64,000 bases of DNA from a phage. A program made the position numbers and the translations under genes. Under the pieces are notes generated by a model. It ran no database searches. It saw only the letters and a list, made by a program, of their open reading frames with translations, and was not told where the DNA came from. The stretch is taken from the sequence record PX418922.1; one strand, given 5' to 3'. Positions 1 to 9,352 of the stretch are shown here, in pieces. Position 1 is the first letter of the stretch, and each line of letters starts with the position of its first letter.

Positions 1-158
1 TCCCCATCATCTACTTTTAAATAAACAATGATTTCACTAAGGTCTAAACCATTTTCGTCAAATGCATTTTCATAGACGAAAGTATCTCCTACATCCAAAT
101 CTTTAATGGTAAGGCATCGTTTATTTACTTTTTGCTCATCAATTTCGAAGTTTAACAC
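1..158 (-). CDS. hypothetical protein, N-terminal part only (gene runs off left edge)
   Basis: Minus-strand frame open from GTG at 158-156 (AGGAGG just upstream) to the window edge; not in ORF track because it is truncated. Confidence 0.3.
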   Translation of the reverse strand, partial: MLNFEIDEQKVNKRCLTIKDLDVGDTFVYENAFDENGLDLSEIIVYLKVDDG

Positions 159-387
159 TTCTTCCTCCTAATGTTATCTCCGGTTTGTATATACGAAGAA
201 TTATAGCATTTTCATTTTCTTTGTCAACCCATTCTTCATAATCAGGCCATACATGAATCTCTACTCTACTTACAATATCTTCCATTCGCACAGTCCCAAT
301 GAAATACTCTTTGAGACTGCGCATAATGAAAGCTTCTCTCTCGCGCCAATAATTTTCTATGACTTGAGAGGCAAGCTCGTCGATCAT
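139..387 (-). CDS. hypothetical protein (82 aa)
   Basis: ORF track; tightly packed with the downstream vWA gene. Confidence 0.4.
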   Translation of the reverse strand: MIDELASQVIENYWREREAFIMRSLKEYFIGTVRMEDIVSRVEIHVWPDYEEWVDKENENAIILRIYKPEITLGGRSVKLRN

Positions 388-1178
388 TTTTTAGCACCTA
401 CTTTAACAACCCACTCTCCGAACTCTTCAGATAAGAGTTTGTCATAAAGCTCTGAATCTGTCAAGTCTAAATCTTTAATGCCAATAAAACCAACATTATC
501 ATAAGCATTTGCCAGTTCTTTCAGGAAGCCAAACTTCTCATTACCAACACCAACCATGAACCAATAAATAGGTTTATTCTTATTCTCTTCGATAAGACGA
601 CGAACAGCACTAGGATCACCATTCTCACCATCCGTCTGGAAGAATACAACACCAGGGGTAATGTCAGCACCTGGTTCAGATACAGCTACAACTTTTTCAC
701 GCTCTACAGACACTGTTTCAGTTTTACCAAGCAGACGATTAAAGAAGCCTTTCTTTGGAGCCTCCTCTTGTACCACTTGTTTAGTGGTAATATATTTAGT
801 AACAGTGCCAAAATACTCATCGTAGATATCCGCCATTACAGGGGCGTAATTTGTTCCACCTCCGATACGAACATTACGCATACATTTACCAACATAGTCA
901 TCGTAAACATCTGCTGTTGCTGGAGTAAGCTCTTGGGAACTCGTATTGAAGGCCCACATATCAATTTGTTGATTATCGTCGAACAGCATACCAAAAGGAA
1001 GCAGTTTACCTACAAAATCACTCACTACCCCATTAGAATATAGACCATGCATACTACCAGAAATATCTAGAGCACATGCTACACGAAGAACAATCTTACC
1101 TTCATTCAGGTTCTTATTCTTTTTCAGAGAGAAAGCAAGGTTTTCTTGACGTTTTTTCAGGCTGATTTTCTCGGACAT
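384..1178 (-). CDS. von Willebrand factor A domain protein (TerY-like)
   Basis: MIDAS motif DISGSM (DxSxS) near N-terminus; 264 aa; 4-nt overlap with neighbour. Confidence 0.6.
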   Translation of the reverse strand: MSEKISLKKRQENLAFSLKKNKNLNEGKIVLRVACALDISGSMHGLYSNGVVSDFVGKLLPFGMLFDDNQQIDMWAFNTSSQELTPATADVYDDYVGKCMRNVRIGGGTNYAPVMADIYDEYFGTVTKYITTKQVVQEEAPKKGFFNRLLGKTETVSVEREKVVAVSEPGADITPGVVFFQTDGENGDPSAVRRLIEENKNKPIYWFMVGVGNEKFGFLKELANAYDNVGFIGIKDLDLTDSELYDKLLSEEFGEWVVKVGAKK

Positions 1179-1179
1179 A

Positions 1180-1458
1180 TTATTTCTCCTTCTTAAGTGT
1201 AATATTGGTAACTTCTAAATCTACTTCCACCATATTTGTATCTGGTGGGATGCAATGAGTATAGCCTCGTTGTGCTAGTGATCCATTAATACAGATCGCA
1301 CTGTTTGTGGAATTTTTAATGAACACCAAGTTACGGTAGGTATCCAACCCTGCGTCTTCATAGGCATCATAATACATGAATGTGGCCCCTACGTCAAGAT
1401 CTTCGAAAGCAATAGGTAAATCCTGACTTTTTTCTTCTTGAATATTGAATCTAAACAC
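1180..1458 (-). CDS. hypothetical protein
   Basis: ORF track frame; start moved to GTG 5 nt after GAGGAGG, overlapping the upstream stop. Confidence 0.45.
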   Translation of the reverse strand: MFRFNIQEEKSQDLPIAFEDLDVGATFMYYDAYEDAGLDTYRNLVFIKNSTNSAICINGSLAQRGYTHCIPPDTNMVEVDLEVTNITLKKEK

Positions 1459-2014
1459 GCATACCTCCTCTACCAATTTTGAAGCCCAAATCGTAAGCTT
1501 CCTTGGTGATCTTTTGTAACTCACTTATAGGAAGTGTTACAAGAGGATCATCTTCTTCAATTTCCATCTTATCATCTTCTGTTTCAATGAGAGTATTATG
1601 CACTTTGTGATAAGGGTTGTCAACACGTTTAAACTTATTCTTTTCTGTGCTGAAAAAACAATCTGGATCTTCTTCGCCATCACCCCAACCTTGGTTAGGA
1701 TCTCCGTCAGATTGTTCTGTAGGGATTTCACCTGTAAAGTACTCTTCCAGCACCATAGCGATACCGTCCCTTGGATTTGAGGAATGCATCAAATCACAAA
1801 CCTTACCCCAATCCATAGCCCATTCGAACCGTTCACGAACGCCGTTTTCATCCTCCTTTCCAGAGAAAACACAACCATAACTATCATAGTTGCCATACAT
1901 CTCTTCAATAACAACACCGTCCTTCAAAAGAAAGAGATAACAAGGTGATCCGTCGAAAGAAGTAGAAAGGGCAGCTTTGCCCGATTCTTTGCACAAAAAG
2001 CTAAAACAACCCAT
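1451..2014 (-). CDS. hypothetical acidic protein (187 aa)
   Basis: ORF track; coding-like composition. Confidence 0.5.
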   Translation of the reverse strand: MGCFSFLCKESGKAALSTSFDGSPCYLFLLKDGVVIEEMYGNYDSYGCVFSGKEDENGVRERFEWAMDWGKVCDLMHSSNPRDGIAMVLEEYFTGEIPTEQSDGDPNQGWGDGEEDPDCFFSTEKNKFKRVDNPYHKVHNTLIETEDDKMEIEEDDPLVTLPISELQKITKEAYDLGFKIGRGGMRV

Positions 2015-2412
2015 TACAAACCCTCCTTCAGATTATCAAGAGCTACAGTGGTTTCACAAAATTCTCCATAAGCTTTATGATGTTCCAGAAAAGCTTCGGG
2101 TCCACCCCAGTCATTATCTTGTGTATTCCAGCCATCAATAAAAGCATCTTCAATGATTGTGATCAGTTCCTGTCGAGTCAACGTAATGGTATCAGGTTTC
2201 TGCGTAGTTTCCACACGGAACCCTGGTTCTTCATAAAAACCTTTAGTTACAATGGATTCTAACTCTTCTGCATCACAGAGGAAGTAGCCACAAAGATAAC
2301 ACCAACCGTCACCATCTTTCATTACTTCATAAACTTCACCACTTGCTAACTTGGTGAAAAGAGTAGGGTCTGTTACTGTAAGTTTTAAAAGAATACCTGT
2401 TGGATTATACAT
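2014..2412 (-). CDS. hypothetical protein (132 aa)
   Basis: ORF track. Confidence 0.5.
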   Translation of the reverse strand: MYNPTGILLKLTVTDPTLFTKLASGEVYEVMKDGDGWCYLCGYFLCDAEELESIVTKGFYEEPGFRVETTQKPDTITLTRQELITIIEDAFIDGWNTQDNDWGGPEAFLEHHKAYGEFCETTVALDNLKEGL

Positions 2413-2578
2413 CTTCTTCCTCCTCTAAAATATGGAACCCGTAATTACAATAATCCTGAAAGGTTTCGTGCGCAAGATCTTCTATATCCTCTTGAGACAT
2501 ATCATCTTCAATTTCGATATCCACAACCTCATTGCATCCACACCAAGCAGTTTCAATATTCACTCGTAATATTTTCAT
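2405..2578 (-). CDS. small hypothetical protein (57 aa)
   Basis: Read manually from reverse complement; ATG overlaps upstream stop (TAATG) and its stop overlaps the next start; below ORF-track size cutoff. Confidence 0.3.
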   Translation of the reverse strand: MKILRVNIETAWCGCNEVVDIEIEDDMSQEDIEDLAHETFQDYCNYGFHILEEEEDV

Positions 2579-2775
2579 TACTCCTCCTCCTCATTGAAGT
2601 CAATATCTGCAAGGAGTTCGAATTTACGGAAGTTACGACAACCTTCATAAATATAACAATCACGACAAACTGCTAGAACACTTGGGGGATATATACCTCC
2701 CATCGGTGCGAATCGTTTTTCGTCATCATAACGGACACCAATGTCTTCATCAATTATATAGATACGGATTCTCAT
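2578..2775 (-). CDS. small Cys-containing hypothetical protein (65 aa)
   Basis: ORF track; translationally coupled to the TelA-like gene. Confidence 0.4.
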   Translation of the reverse strand: MRIRIYIIDEDIGVRYDDEKRFAPMGGIYPPSVLAVCRDCYIYEGCRNFRKFELLADIDFNEEEE

Positions 2776-3884
2776 TTACCAAGCCCTCGTTTCACAGCAG
2801 CTACCATCCCGTCTTCCAGAGATTGAACTTCATTAATATAATCAACACGAGCAGCACGGGCTTCCGTATTGATGCGGTTAGTTTCTTCCAACATCTTAAC
2901 CAAGTTTTCCTGATCGTGACGCAGAGTTTCAATATCCAACACTTGACGGTTAGCCAGTGCTGCTGCTTCGATCTGATTCTGTGTGGCAAGATCGCTACCC
3001 AGTTTAATTGCCAGGTTAAATTCATCAAGAACGTTATTCTGCGTCTCTGCTGCTTTCATTTGACGTAAGCTCTCGATATACATTGAGAAGTTAGCAGAGT
3101 AAGCAGGAATAACATTATTTACTATGTTACGCGCAGATCGCATTAAGCTTGCAGAAACTTTTTGCATACCTTGTACACGCGGTCCCATTTGGACACACAG
3201 TAGGCGCAATGCTTTTAAATCTGCAATACGAATCTCCAGAAGATCCAAAGTATCTCGGATCACTTGTCGCTGTTCTACTGCATCTTCTGGAAGAGCAGCC
3301 AAAGCTTGTTCTTCTTTTTCATAGGTTGTTGTTAGAAGCTGCATATCTCGGTTCAAACTTGCAGCATATTGTCCAATAGCTTGATGTAGCTTTTCAAGAT
3401 ATACCAAAGAATCTTCTTCTTTGCGAATATCCATTTGAAGGTTCTTTACCAACTCTTCAATACGGTTATTAACATTATCAAACTCCCCAAACAGGTCTTC
3501 TTTCATACCCATAACTTTTTTAATGAGTTTAGTAATACCCTTGCTTTGTTTAATAGAGTTTGGATCAAGTTGTTTTGCCTGTTTAATCAAAGCTGTGAGT
3601 CGTTCACTCATCTGATCGCCTTGATTACTACGTTGATGTTTTAATACCTCGGCATTCAAGGAACGCAAGGTTGTTCCTGCCTCTGCCCCAATCTCTTCGA
3701 TCTCTTGTCGGGTCATAGAAGGCAAAACTGGAACTTCTTGCGGTGCGGCTGGTGCATAAACAGGACTGGCATCTAACACGCTTGGAGCGAATACAGATTT
3801 ACTTGCATCTGTTGTTGCAGCAAATACGCTCATTTCAGGCTTCTTCTGACCGCCAGTAGCTGCTTTTAAAAATGGACTTGTCAT
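2772..3884 (-). CDS. TelA-like coiled-coil protein (toxic anion resistance family)
   Basis: 370 aa, long heptad-like coiled-coil character; family assignment by resemblance only. Confidence 0.45.
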   Translation of the reverse strand: MTSPFLKAATGGQKKPEMSVFAATTDASKSVFAPSVLDASPVYAPAAPQEVPVLPSMTRQEIEEIGAEAGTTLRSLNAEVLKHQRSNQGDQMSERLTALIKQAKQLDPNSIKQSKGITKLIKKVMGMKEDLFGEFDNVNNRIEELVKNLQMDIRKEEDSLVYLEKLHQAIGQYAASLNRDMQLLTTTYEKEEQALAALPEDAVEQRQVIRDTLDLLEIRIADLKALRLLCVQMGPRVQGMQKVSASLMRSARNIVNNVIPAYSANFSMYIESLRQMKAAETQNNVLDEFNLAIKLGSDLATQNQIEAAALANRQVLDIETLRHDQENLVKMLEETNRINTEARAARVDYINEVQSLEDGMVAAVKRGLGK

Positions 3885-4471
3885 TCTTCATTCTCCTCTT
3901 CTGCATCTCTTATATATGGTGAAACACCGTACTCTTTAGCTACTTTAACCCAATCGTCCCATTTATACAACCATAATTTTCCTTCGGTCCCTTCTTTATC
4001 TGATTTCAACCACATATTAGGTTGCTTACCCGGGTACATGCGATTAGGTTTACGATTATAACCTCTAACACATCTTGTCGCAAACCTATCTACCAGAACA
4101 AGAACATATTTATACTCGTGGTTCAACGGCTCTTTGGAAGTGGCTTTAGGATTAGCCCCTAATTCTGCTGCCAGTTTTTGCCAATGAGCACCGTGCCTAC
4201 TAAACTTACCCATACAACCATCAATAGCATGAGCAATTTCGTGCTTCATTGTATCCACGATCATATCTCTTGTGGAGTTCTTATGCAAGTGCCAATTTAC
4301 AACAACAATTTTATCTCGGTAGTTGCACCAACCGAAAGAGTTATTCACTTTGTTTCTAACACAAGCTTTATATCCTGCTTCACGTAACATGTTGTAGTAA
4401 ACAGGAAAATCTTCTTTTATTTCCTGCATCACTTCCCACCACAAGAGTTGCAAGTCTCTCTCGGTATGCAT
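3881..4471 (-). CDS. SprT-like zinc metallopeptidase
   Basis: HExxH motif (HEIAHAIDG) in a 196-aa protein. Confidence 0.55.
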   Translation of the reverse strand: MHTERDLQLLWWEVMQEIKEDFPVYYNMLREAGYKACVRNKVNNSFGWCNYRDKIVVVNWHLHKNSTRDMIVDTMKHEIAHAIDGCMGKFSRHGAHWQKLAAELGANPKATSKEPLNHEYKYVLVLVDRFATRCVRGYNRKPNRMYPGKQPNMWLKSDKEGTEGKLWLYKWDDWVKVAKEYGVSPYIRDAEEENEE

Positions 4472-4474
4472 AAC

Positions 4475-5068
4475 TTACACCTTAAAAGCGAAATGCGTGG
4501 TCGTGGCTTCAAAATCAGGGCCAGATAAACTTGCACTGAAATCTGAAATATTTGTAATTAAAAAGCTTTTATGCATACCTAACACAGCCACGCTTTCAAT
4601 ATCTTCTACTAACATTTCAATCATGTTAGAAACATGGCTGAACGTATAGTTTTGTTTTTTGATGGTGTAGAAAGAAAGACTCCCACCTGCTGTATAAGAT
4701 ACCTCTTCAAAATCTTTAATCGTATATTGTGTGCCATCAGTAAAGAAAATGGTAGCTTTATTAGTAGCACGTTTCTTGTTTTTTGGTCCTTTTTTACGTT
4801 TACTGCGAGTAGGCAAACCGTTTGGGAACACCATAGCTACAAATTCTTCAGCAGAAACCTCCTTACCGAAATCATAACCATAAGAAACAGCGTCTATAAA
4901 CTCGTCATCTTCATTTTTAAAATAATGGAAATAGGGCCGATTTGAAAGATTATCAAGCATCTTATGCTCGTCCACAGCAGAGAATGTATCCCTCAAAGCG
5001 CGTGTGATTTGCAAAGCATTAGGCAACCTTTTAACACCTACGATGGAAGTACGAATAGAAATTGTCAT
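4475..5068 (-). CDS. hypothetical protein (197 aa)
   Basis: ORF track. Confidence 0.5.
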   Translation of the reverse strand: MTISIRTSIVGVKRLPNALQITRALRDTFSAVDEHKMLDNLSNRPYFHYFKNEDDEFIDAVSYGYDFGKEVSAEEFVAMVFPNGLPTRSKRKKGPKNKKRATNKATIFFTDGTQYTIKDFEEVSYTAGGSLSFYTIKKQNYTFSHVSNMIEMLVEDIESVAVLGMHKSFLITNISDFSASLSGPDFEATTTHFAFKV

Positions 5069-5082
5069 TGTTTTTCTCCTTA

Positions 5083-5520
5083 TTAACGCCGCTTGCTACG
5101 AGATGAACTCTTTTTACTTAAAGGGCTATTGTAAGATTTACGAGTTGTATAGCTACTATTTGTTTTAAAAGTTTGTCTCGGCTTTTCATAAGTTTTTATC
5201 TCTTGTTTAGGCTTACCATAAAAATTAGTTTTCGGTTTAGGTGTATTATAATGCTTATTAATAATCGTTCTGTTATCGTTATAATCCCCACTGCTACGAT
5301 TACTACCACCACTCATCATATGCCCTAACAACATACCTGTAGCAAACTCACTAACACCGCTACTACTAGAACCGCCACCATTGTTGATAATAGTTGTATC
5401 TCCGTCAGATCCTTGTTGAGCGTATTGTTGAGGAGGTTGTTGGTATTGTGCAGGATTTGTTTCATCCTCGCAAGCTGTTAAAAAGATACAACCAATTAAA
5501 ATCAGGGCTAGTTTTTTCAT
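5083..5520 (-). CDS. putative lipoprotein, Gly/Ser-rich
   Basis: Start moved to internal ATG (MKKLALILIGCIFLTAC) with GAGGAAAG upstream; signal peptide plus lipobox LTAC. Confidence 0.5.
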   Translation of the reverse strand: MKKLALILIGCIFLTACEDETNPAQYQQPPQQYAQQGSDGDTTIINNGGGSSSSGVSEFATGMLLGHMMSGGSNRSSGDYNDNRTIINKHYNTPKPKTNFYGKPKQEIKTYEKPRQTFKTNSSYTTRKSYNSPLSKKSSSRSKRR

Positions 5521-5707
5521 ATTTGCTTTCCTCGTTTTGGCTATTAATACATCTGTGTTTGAAATCTCCAGAGAAGCAATAAAGTTGCTCTCCATCTCGG
5601 TATAAACTCACTTTACTGCCGTTGATTACGCTTGTCAATACAAAAATTACAACAAACAACCCTATTGCAAAACAGATATTTTCAAACACAACCAACAAGT
5701 ATTTCAT
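5462..5707 (-). CDS. small membrane protein (81 aa)
   Basis: ORF track; hydrophobic N-terminus; ATGA overlap with upstream gene; 3' end overlaps lipoprotein gene. Confidence 0.35.
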   Translation of the reverse strand: MKYLLVVFENICFAIGLFVVIFVLTSVINGSKVSLYRDGEQLYCFSGDFKHRCINSQNEESKYEKTSPDFNWLYLFNSLRG

Positions 5708-6054
5708 TTTAAAAACACCTCATCATCAGTCTCATTATCCCAGAAGAACAAATCCCAACCATTTGGATCATTCCATTTGGCTGCTGGAGAAGTCCATATT
5801 TGCTCAATATCAATATTCAAAACTTCACCGTTTCGTTTTGAAACAGCTTTAGTTAATTCCCAACGAGATACAGGCTCTACTTCTCCTGAACCACTTCCAC
5901 AACAAGCTACAACATTAGGAGGCAAATTAATTGGATCTTTGGTCACAATCATAACGCTTACCCCAGGGTAAACTTTTGAAAGATAATCTAAAACGTAATC
6001 CACATCACCAGATAAATCCCAAACAAGTTCTTGAATTTCATCAAAATTATTCAT
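5704..6054 (-). CDS. hypothetical protein (116 aa)
   Basis: ORF track. Confidence 0.5.
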   Translation of the reverse strand: MNNFDEIQELVWDLSGDVDYVLDYLSKVYPGVSVMIVTKDPINLPPNVVACCGSGSGEVEPVSRWELTKAVSKRNGEVLNIDIEQIWTSPAAKWNDPNGWDLFFWDNETDDEVFLK

Positions 6055-6067
6055 AAGTCTCTCCTAT

Positions 6068-6090
6068 AAAATAGCCTCCCGAAGGAGGCT
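6068..6090 (-). terminator. putative intrinsic terminator after TerC gene
   Basis: Minus-strand hairpin GAGCCTCC-TTCG-GGAGGCT followed by ATTTTAT. Confidence 0.35.
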
Positions 6091-6096
6091 CATCTA

Positions 6097-7071
6097 TTAA
6101 ACAGCAGCTTCTTCTTTTTCAGGGAAGATAAAGCTTGCAATAACACCAAGAGCTAATGTGCCTAGAACAATCATCAGACTTACGTTAGGGGAAATATCAT
6201 GCGGGAGGAATGACCACTTGGCATGAAGTGTTTCACCGAACGGGTGATACATAAGTTTAGCACCGACAAATACCAGAACCACAGCAACAGCTTTCTCTAA
6301 GTGAACCAGATATTTCACAGCTACACTTAACACAAAGAAAAGTGCACGTAAACCAAGAACAGCCATCAGCATTGCAGAATAAACTAGCAGAGGTTCTTGT
6401 GTCACACCGATCACAGCCGGAACTGAATCAAAAGAGAAGACAATATCTGTAAGCTCAATAACAAACACACAAAGAAGAGCAGGAGTTGCATATTTAATAC
6501 CATTCTTAATGGTGATGAACTTTTCACCATCCAGTGCATTGTGCACAGGCAGAACTTTACCTACTAAACGAACAGCCCAATGCTTAGAGTAATCAATATC
6601 CTCTTCTTCGTCACCACCTTTGATGATAGCCACGGCAGACCAAGCTACAATCAAACCGAACAACACTTGGACCGACCAATGAAGGTTAAACAAAGCGGTC
6701 CCTGCTGCAACAAAAATACCTCGGAAGACAATGGCTCCTGCAATTCCCCAAAGTAAAATCTTATGTTGGAGATGTGTGCTCTTAATTCCAAAGCTTGCAA
6801 AAATTGCCATGAACACCATCAGGTTATCTACAGAAAGACTCTTTTCCAACACATAGCCACTTAGGAAAAGCGCGGCAAACTCTTTACCATGTTCTACCCA
6901 AATGAATGCGTAATATCCTAAAGCTAAAGCAATCCAAAAAACAGACCAAAGCAAAGCAGATTTAATTCCAATTTCTTTATTCTCTTTATGACCAAAGAAA
7001 TCAATACCAATAGACAATGCTAAAATACCAACTAAAACAACTACATCAATAATGGGGAAACCAAGTTGCAT
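6097..7071 (-). CDS. TerC-family integral membrane protein
   Basis: Multi-pass hydrophobic protein with the two TerC-type motifs EKSLSVDN and FSFDSVPAVIG. Confidence 0.65.
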   Translation of the reverse strand: MQLGFPIIDVVVLVGILALSIGIDFFGHKENKEIGIKSALLWSVFWIALALGYYAFIWVEHGKEFAALFLSGYVLEKSLSVDNLMVFMAIFASFGIKSTHLQHKILLWGIAGAIVFRGIFVAAGTALFNLHWSVQVLFGLIVAWSAVAIIKGGDEEEDIDYSKHWAVRLVGKVLPVHNALDGEKFITIKNGIKYATPALLCVFVIELTDIVFSFDSVPAVIGVTQEPLLVYSAMLMAVLGLRALFFVLSVAVKYLVHLEKAVAVVLVFVGAKLMYHPFGETLHAKWSFLPHDISPNVSLMIVLGTLALGVIASFIFPEKEEAAV

Positions 7072-7084
7072 TATTTTCTCCTTT

Positions 7085-7143
7085 CTCTTTGCGGGGAACC
7101 ACTCCCCGCCTCATGTGATACATCTTACTCTATTCTAAAACTT
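7085..7143 (-). promoter_or_regulatory. sigma70-like promoter plus 5' leader hairpin driving TerC gene
   Basis: Minus strand reads TTGACA-N16-TAAGAT-GTATCAC-AT-GAGGCGGGGAGTGGTTCCCCGC; same architecture as the island promoters. Confidence 0.5.
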
Positions 7144-7152
7144 TGTCAACAC

Positions 7153-7374
7153 TTATTTTGAAGAACTTGAGGAAAAGATCCCACGTAGTACAGCCATGAT
7201 AAATGCCACACACACCACAGTCCAGAAGGTGACAGGAACAGTGATATCTGTGTGACCCATCATTTCAACAACGTAGTTATAAGCCAGCAGCAGAAGCCAT
7301 GCTGGAATCATACTAATCAGAAAAGCAATAACAAACACAATAATCACTGCAAGAATACCTGCTAAAACGCCCAT
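7153..7374 (-). CDS. small membrane protein (73 aa)
   Basis: ORF track; two hydrophobic segments. Confidence 0.45.
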   Translation of the reverse strand: MGVLAGILAVIIVFVIAFLISMIPAWLLLLAYNYVVEMMGHTDITVPVTFWTVVCVAFIMAVLRGIFSSSSSK

Positions 7375-7387
7375 AATATTTCTCCTC

Positions 7388-7861
7388 TTAAAGTTTATAA
7401 ATAGTCACATCGTGACCTGTTTTTACTAAAGTTTCTTCAATCATCACTTCAATGATAGCCCAATTACCTCCTGCCAACCCTGCTCCAATCATAGGTAAGC
7501 CGATCTTACATTTTTGGTCACGGAGAAGCAAATCATTAGCCATAGCTATTAGTGCATCGTACAAGGCATCATAGTCCAACTGACGACCTTTAGCATTGTA
7601 TCCATAACGATACTGCCCGTATAGATTATATACCAAAGGATCTGATTGTTCGTCTGGCACCCCTAAACTAAAACAACCTAGTTTACTTTGATCACCAGCC
7701 ATTGTGTCTAAATCTGCCGCATATGCATAAGGGAATGCTCGTTTAATTTGCGGAGCAATTCCTGCTCCCATATTACACATACAATTGCAACAATGAGCAA
7801 TAACAGTTACTTCACCTGCTTTAGCGGCATCGATAAGATTACCTGTTTTCATTTTAAGCAT
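7388..7861 (-). CDS. macro domain protein (ADP-ribose binding / processing)
   Basis: Macro-like motifs TVIAHCCNCMCNMGAGIAPQI and GLPMIGAGLAGG; start moved to ATG after GGAG. Confidence 0.55.
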   Translation of the reverse strand: MLKMKTGNLIDAAKAGEVTVIAHCCNCMCNMGAGIAPQIKRAFPYAYAADLDTMAGDQSKLGCFSLGVPDEQSDPLVYNLYGQYRYGYNAKGRQLDYDALYDALIAMANDLLLRDQKCKIGLPMIGAGLAGGNWAIIEVMIEETLVKTGHDVTIYKL

Positions 7862-7874
7862 TTTTAGCTCCTTA

Positions 7875-8702
7875 TTACAGAATGTGTTGTTTTGTGTAAC
7901 GATCCAAGAATTCAAAGTTTTCAGCATACTTTGAAATTCGGTTGTAACCTTCTCCCAAACATCCGAAGAAAAGTTGCTCTACATAGTAGTGTGGCAATTG
8001 GCTAAGAATGATTTTGAAGTCTTCGTGATTTTGGCCCATAAGATACTTAATAGGACGAACAAGACACTGTGCATCACGTTCTTCATTAATCATTTTAACA
8101 AAAGCTTCTGGTGTATTAATATAATTAAAATTCAGTTTAGCTTCGGTATCTGCTTGATTACCTTCATATTTTGCAAAATACAGGAAGTAAACATCATTTT
8201 TAACTTGATTTTCATCAAGGATCTCAATCAGTTTGTCTTCGTGCGTTCCAGTGATATTTACATCATCAATGAATACAAGCTTCTTATCACCCCAGAATTC
8301 TTTGTTGCAGTAGAATGTATCCCCATCAATAAGTTTCTTACGACTAGCTTTATCCAAGAAGCCATAATCATTAATATAGCTAACTTTACGATGAATAATA
8401 TCCAGTTCTGCTGAACGACCTTGATCATATTGTGCTTGCAACATATTAAAGTAATTAATAAAATGATCTGTCATCATTGTGGCAGCATTATGCACATGGT
8501 TGTAAGGAGAAGGAATGATAACAAATTGTTCCCCAATATGTTTCATTGCCACTTGAGCAAAAAACTGAAGTGCCAATTCTTTACCCATACGACGCGCGGC
8601 TTGGTTACTACCAAATTTCAATTTTGAATAATCTTGGATATCAAAAGTAGCAGTTTCCAGGTCATCAAATTTATTTGCAAAAATTTGAGTTTGATTACGC
8701 AT
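7875..8702 (-). CDS. phosphoribosyltransferase-fold protein
   Basis: PRPP-binding-type motif KLVFIDDVNITGTHE; 275 aa. Confidence 0.5.
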   Translation of the reverse strand: MRNQTQIFANKFDDLETATFDIQDYSKLKFGSNQAARRMGKELALQFFAQVAMKHIGEQFVIIPSPYNHVHNAATMMTDHFINYFNMLQAQYDQGRSAELDIIHRKVSYINDYGFLDKASRKKLIDGDTFYCNKEFWGDKKLVFIDDVNITGTHEDKLIEILDENQVKNDVYFLYFAKYEGNQADTEAKLNFNYINTPEAFVKMINEERDAQCLVRPIKYLMGQNHEDFKIILSQLPHYYVEQLFFGCLGEGYNRISKYAENFEFLDRYTKQHIL

Positions 8703-9351
8703 TTACAATTTCTCCTCTTTTAAGTTTCTCTAGTAAGTCGTTAGGGTTCTTAATATGACAGAAGTTAAATCCTAAGTCAACACATTTTCCATCATATTCT
8801 TCACTATCGCCTACGTGCAATACTTCGTGCCCTAACAGAGGGATCGGAGAATACGTGAGCGTGCGAGCAAAGAATCGCGGATCTGGTTTACAAAGTAAAG
8901 CTTCATCCGAGAAATGGGTGAACTCAAAACAATTCCAACTATCAAACTTACAAGCACGACGCAGGATATCCCCTGATATAAAGTTGGTATTGCTCTTAAT
9001 ACTCAAATCATAACGTCCCGAAAGATACAGCAAGTACATCGGCAGATCCACGGCTACGTGTGGTGGAAACTTAAGGAACCACTGTTCACACTCGAAACGA
9101 AGCTTTGCAGACTTCCAAGGTGTTATCCCAAGTTCAGAACCAAGTTTTTCCCAAGCGTATGCTGCACACTCGGCTTTGCCTTGAAGTGCTGCATTATCCA
9201 GTTCCTTTTTGATCTTCTTATAAGCTGCTCTTGCTTCCACTTCCGTAATATCTCCATATTTTGCGATAGTCCAGGCTCGCATGTCTGCGTAATTGGAGTT
9301 TGCTGTGATCAGTGTGTTCCATACATCAAAAGAGATATGTTTAATAGTCAT
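8695..9351 (-). CDS. HAD-like hydrolase (divergent motif I)
   Basis: N-terminal FDVWNTL and later HVGDS resemble HAD motifs; second Asp of motif I is absent. Confidence 0.4.
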   Translation of the reverse strand: MTIKHISFDVWNTLITANSNYADMRAWTIAKYGDITEVEARAAYKKIKKELDNAALQGKAECAAYAWEKLGSELGITPWKSAKLRFECEQWFLKFPPHVAVDLPMYLLYLSGRYDLSIKSNTNFISGDILRRACKFDSWNCFEFTHFSDEALLCKPDPRFFARTLTYSPIPLLGHEVLHVGDSEEYDGKCVDLGFNFCHIKNPNDLLEKLKRGEIVNA

Positions 9352-9352
9352 A

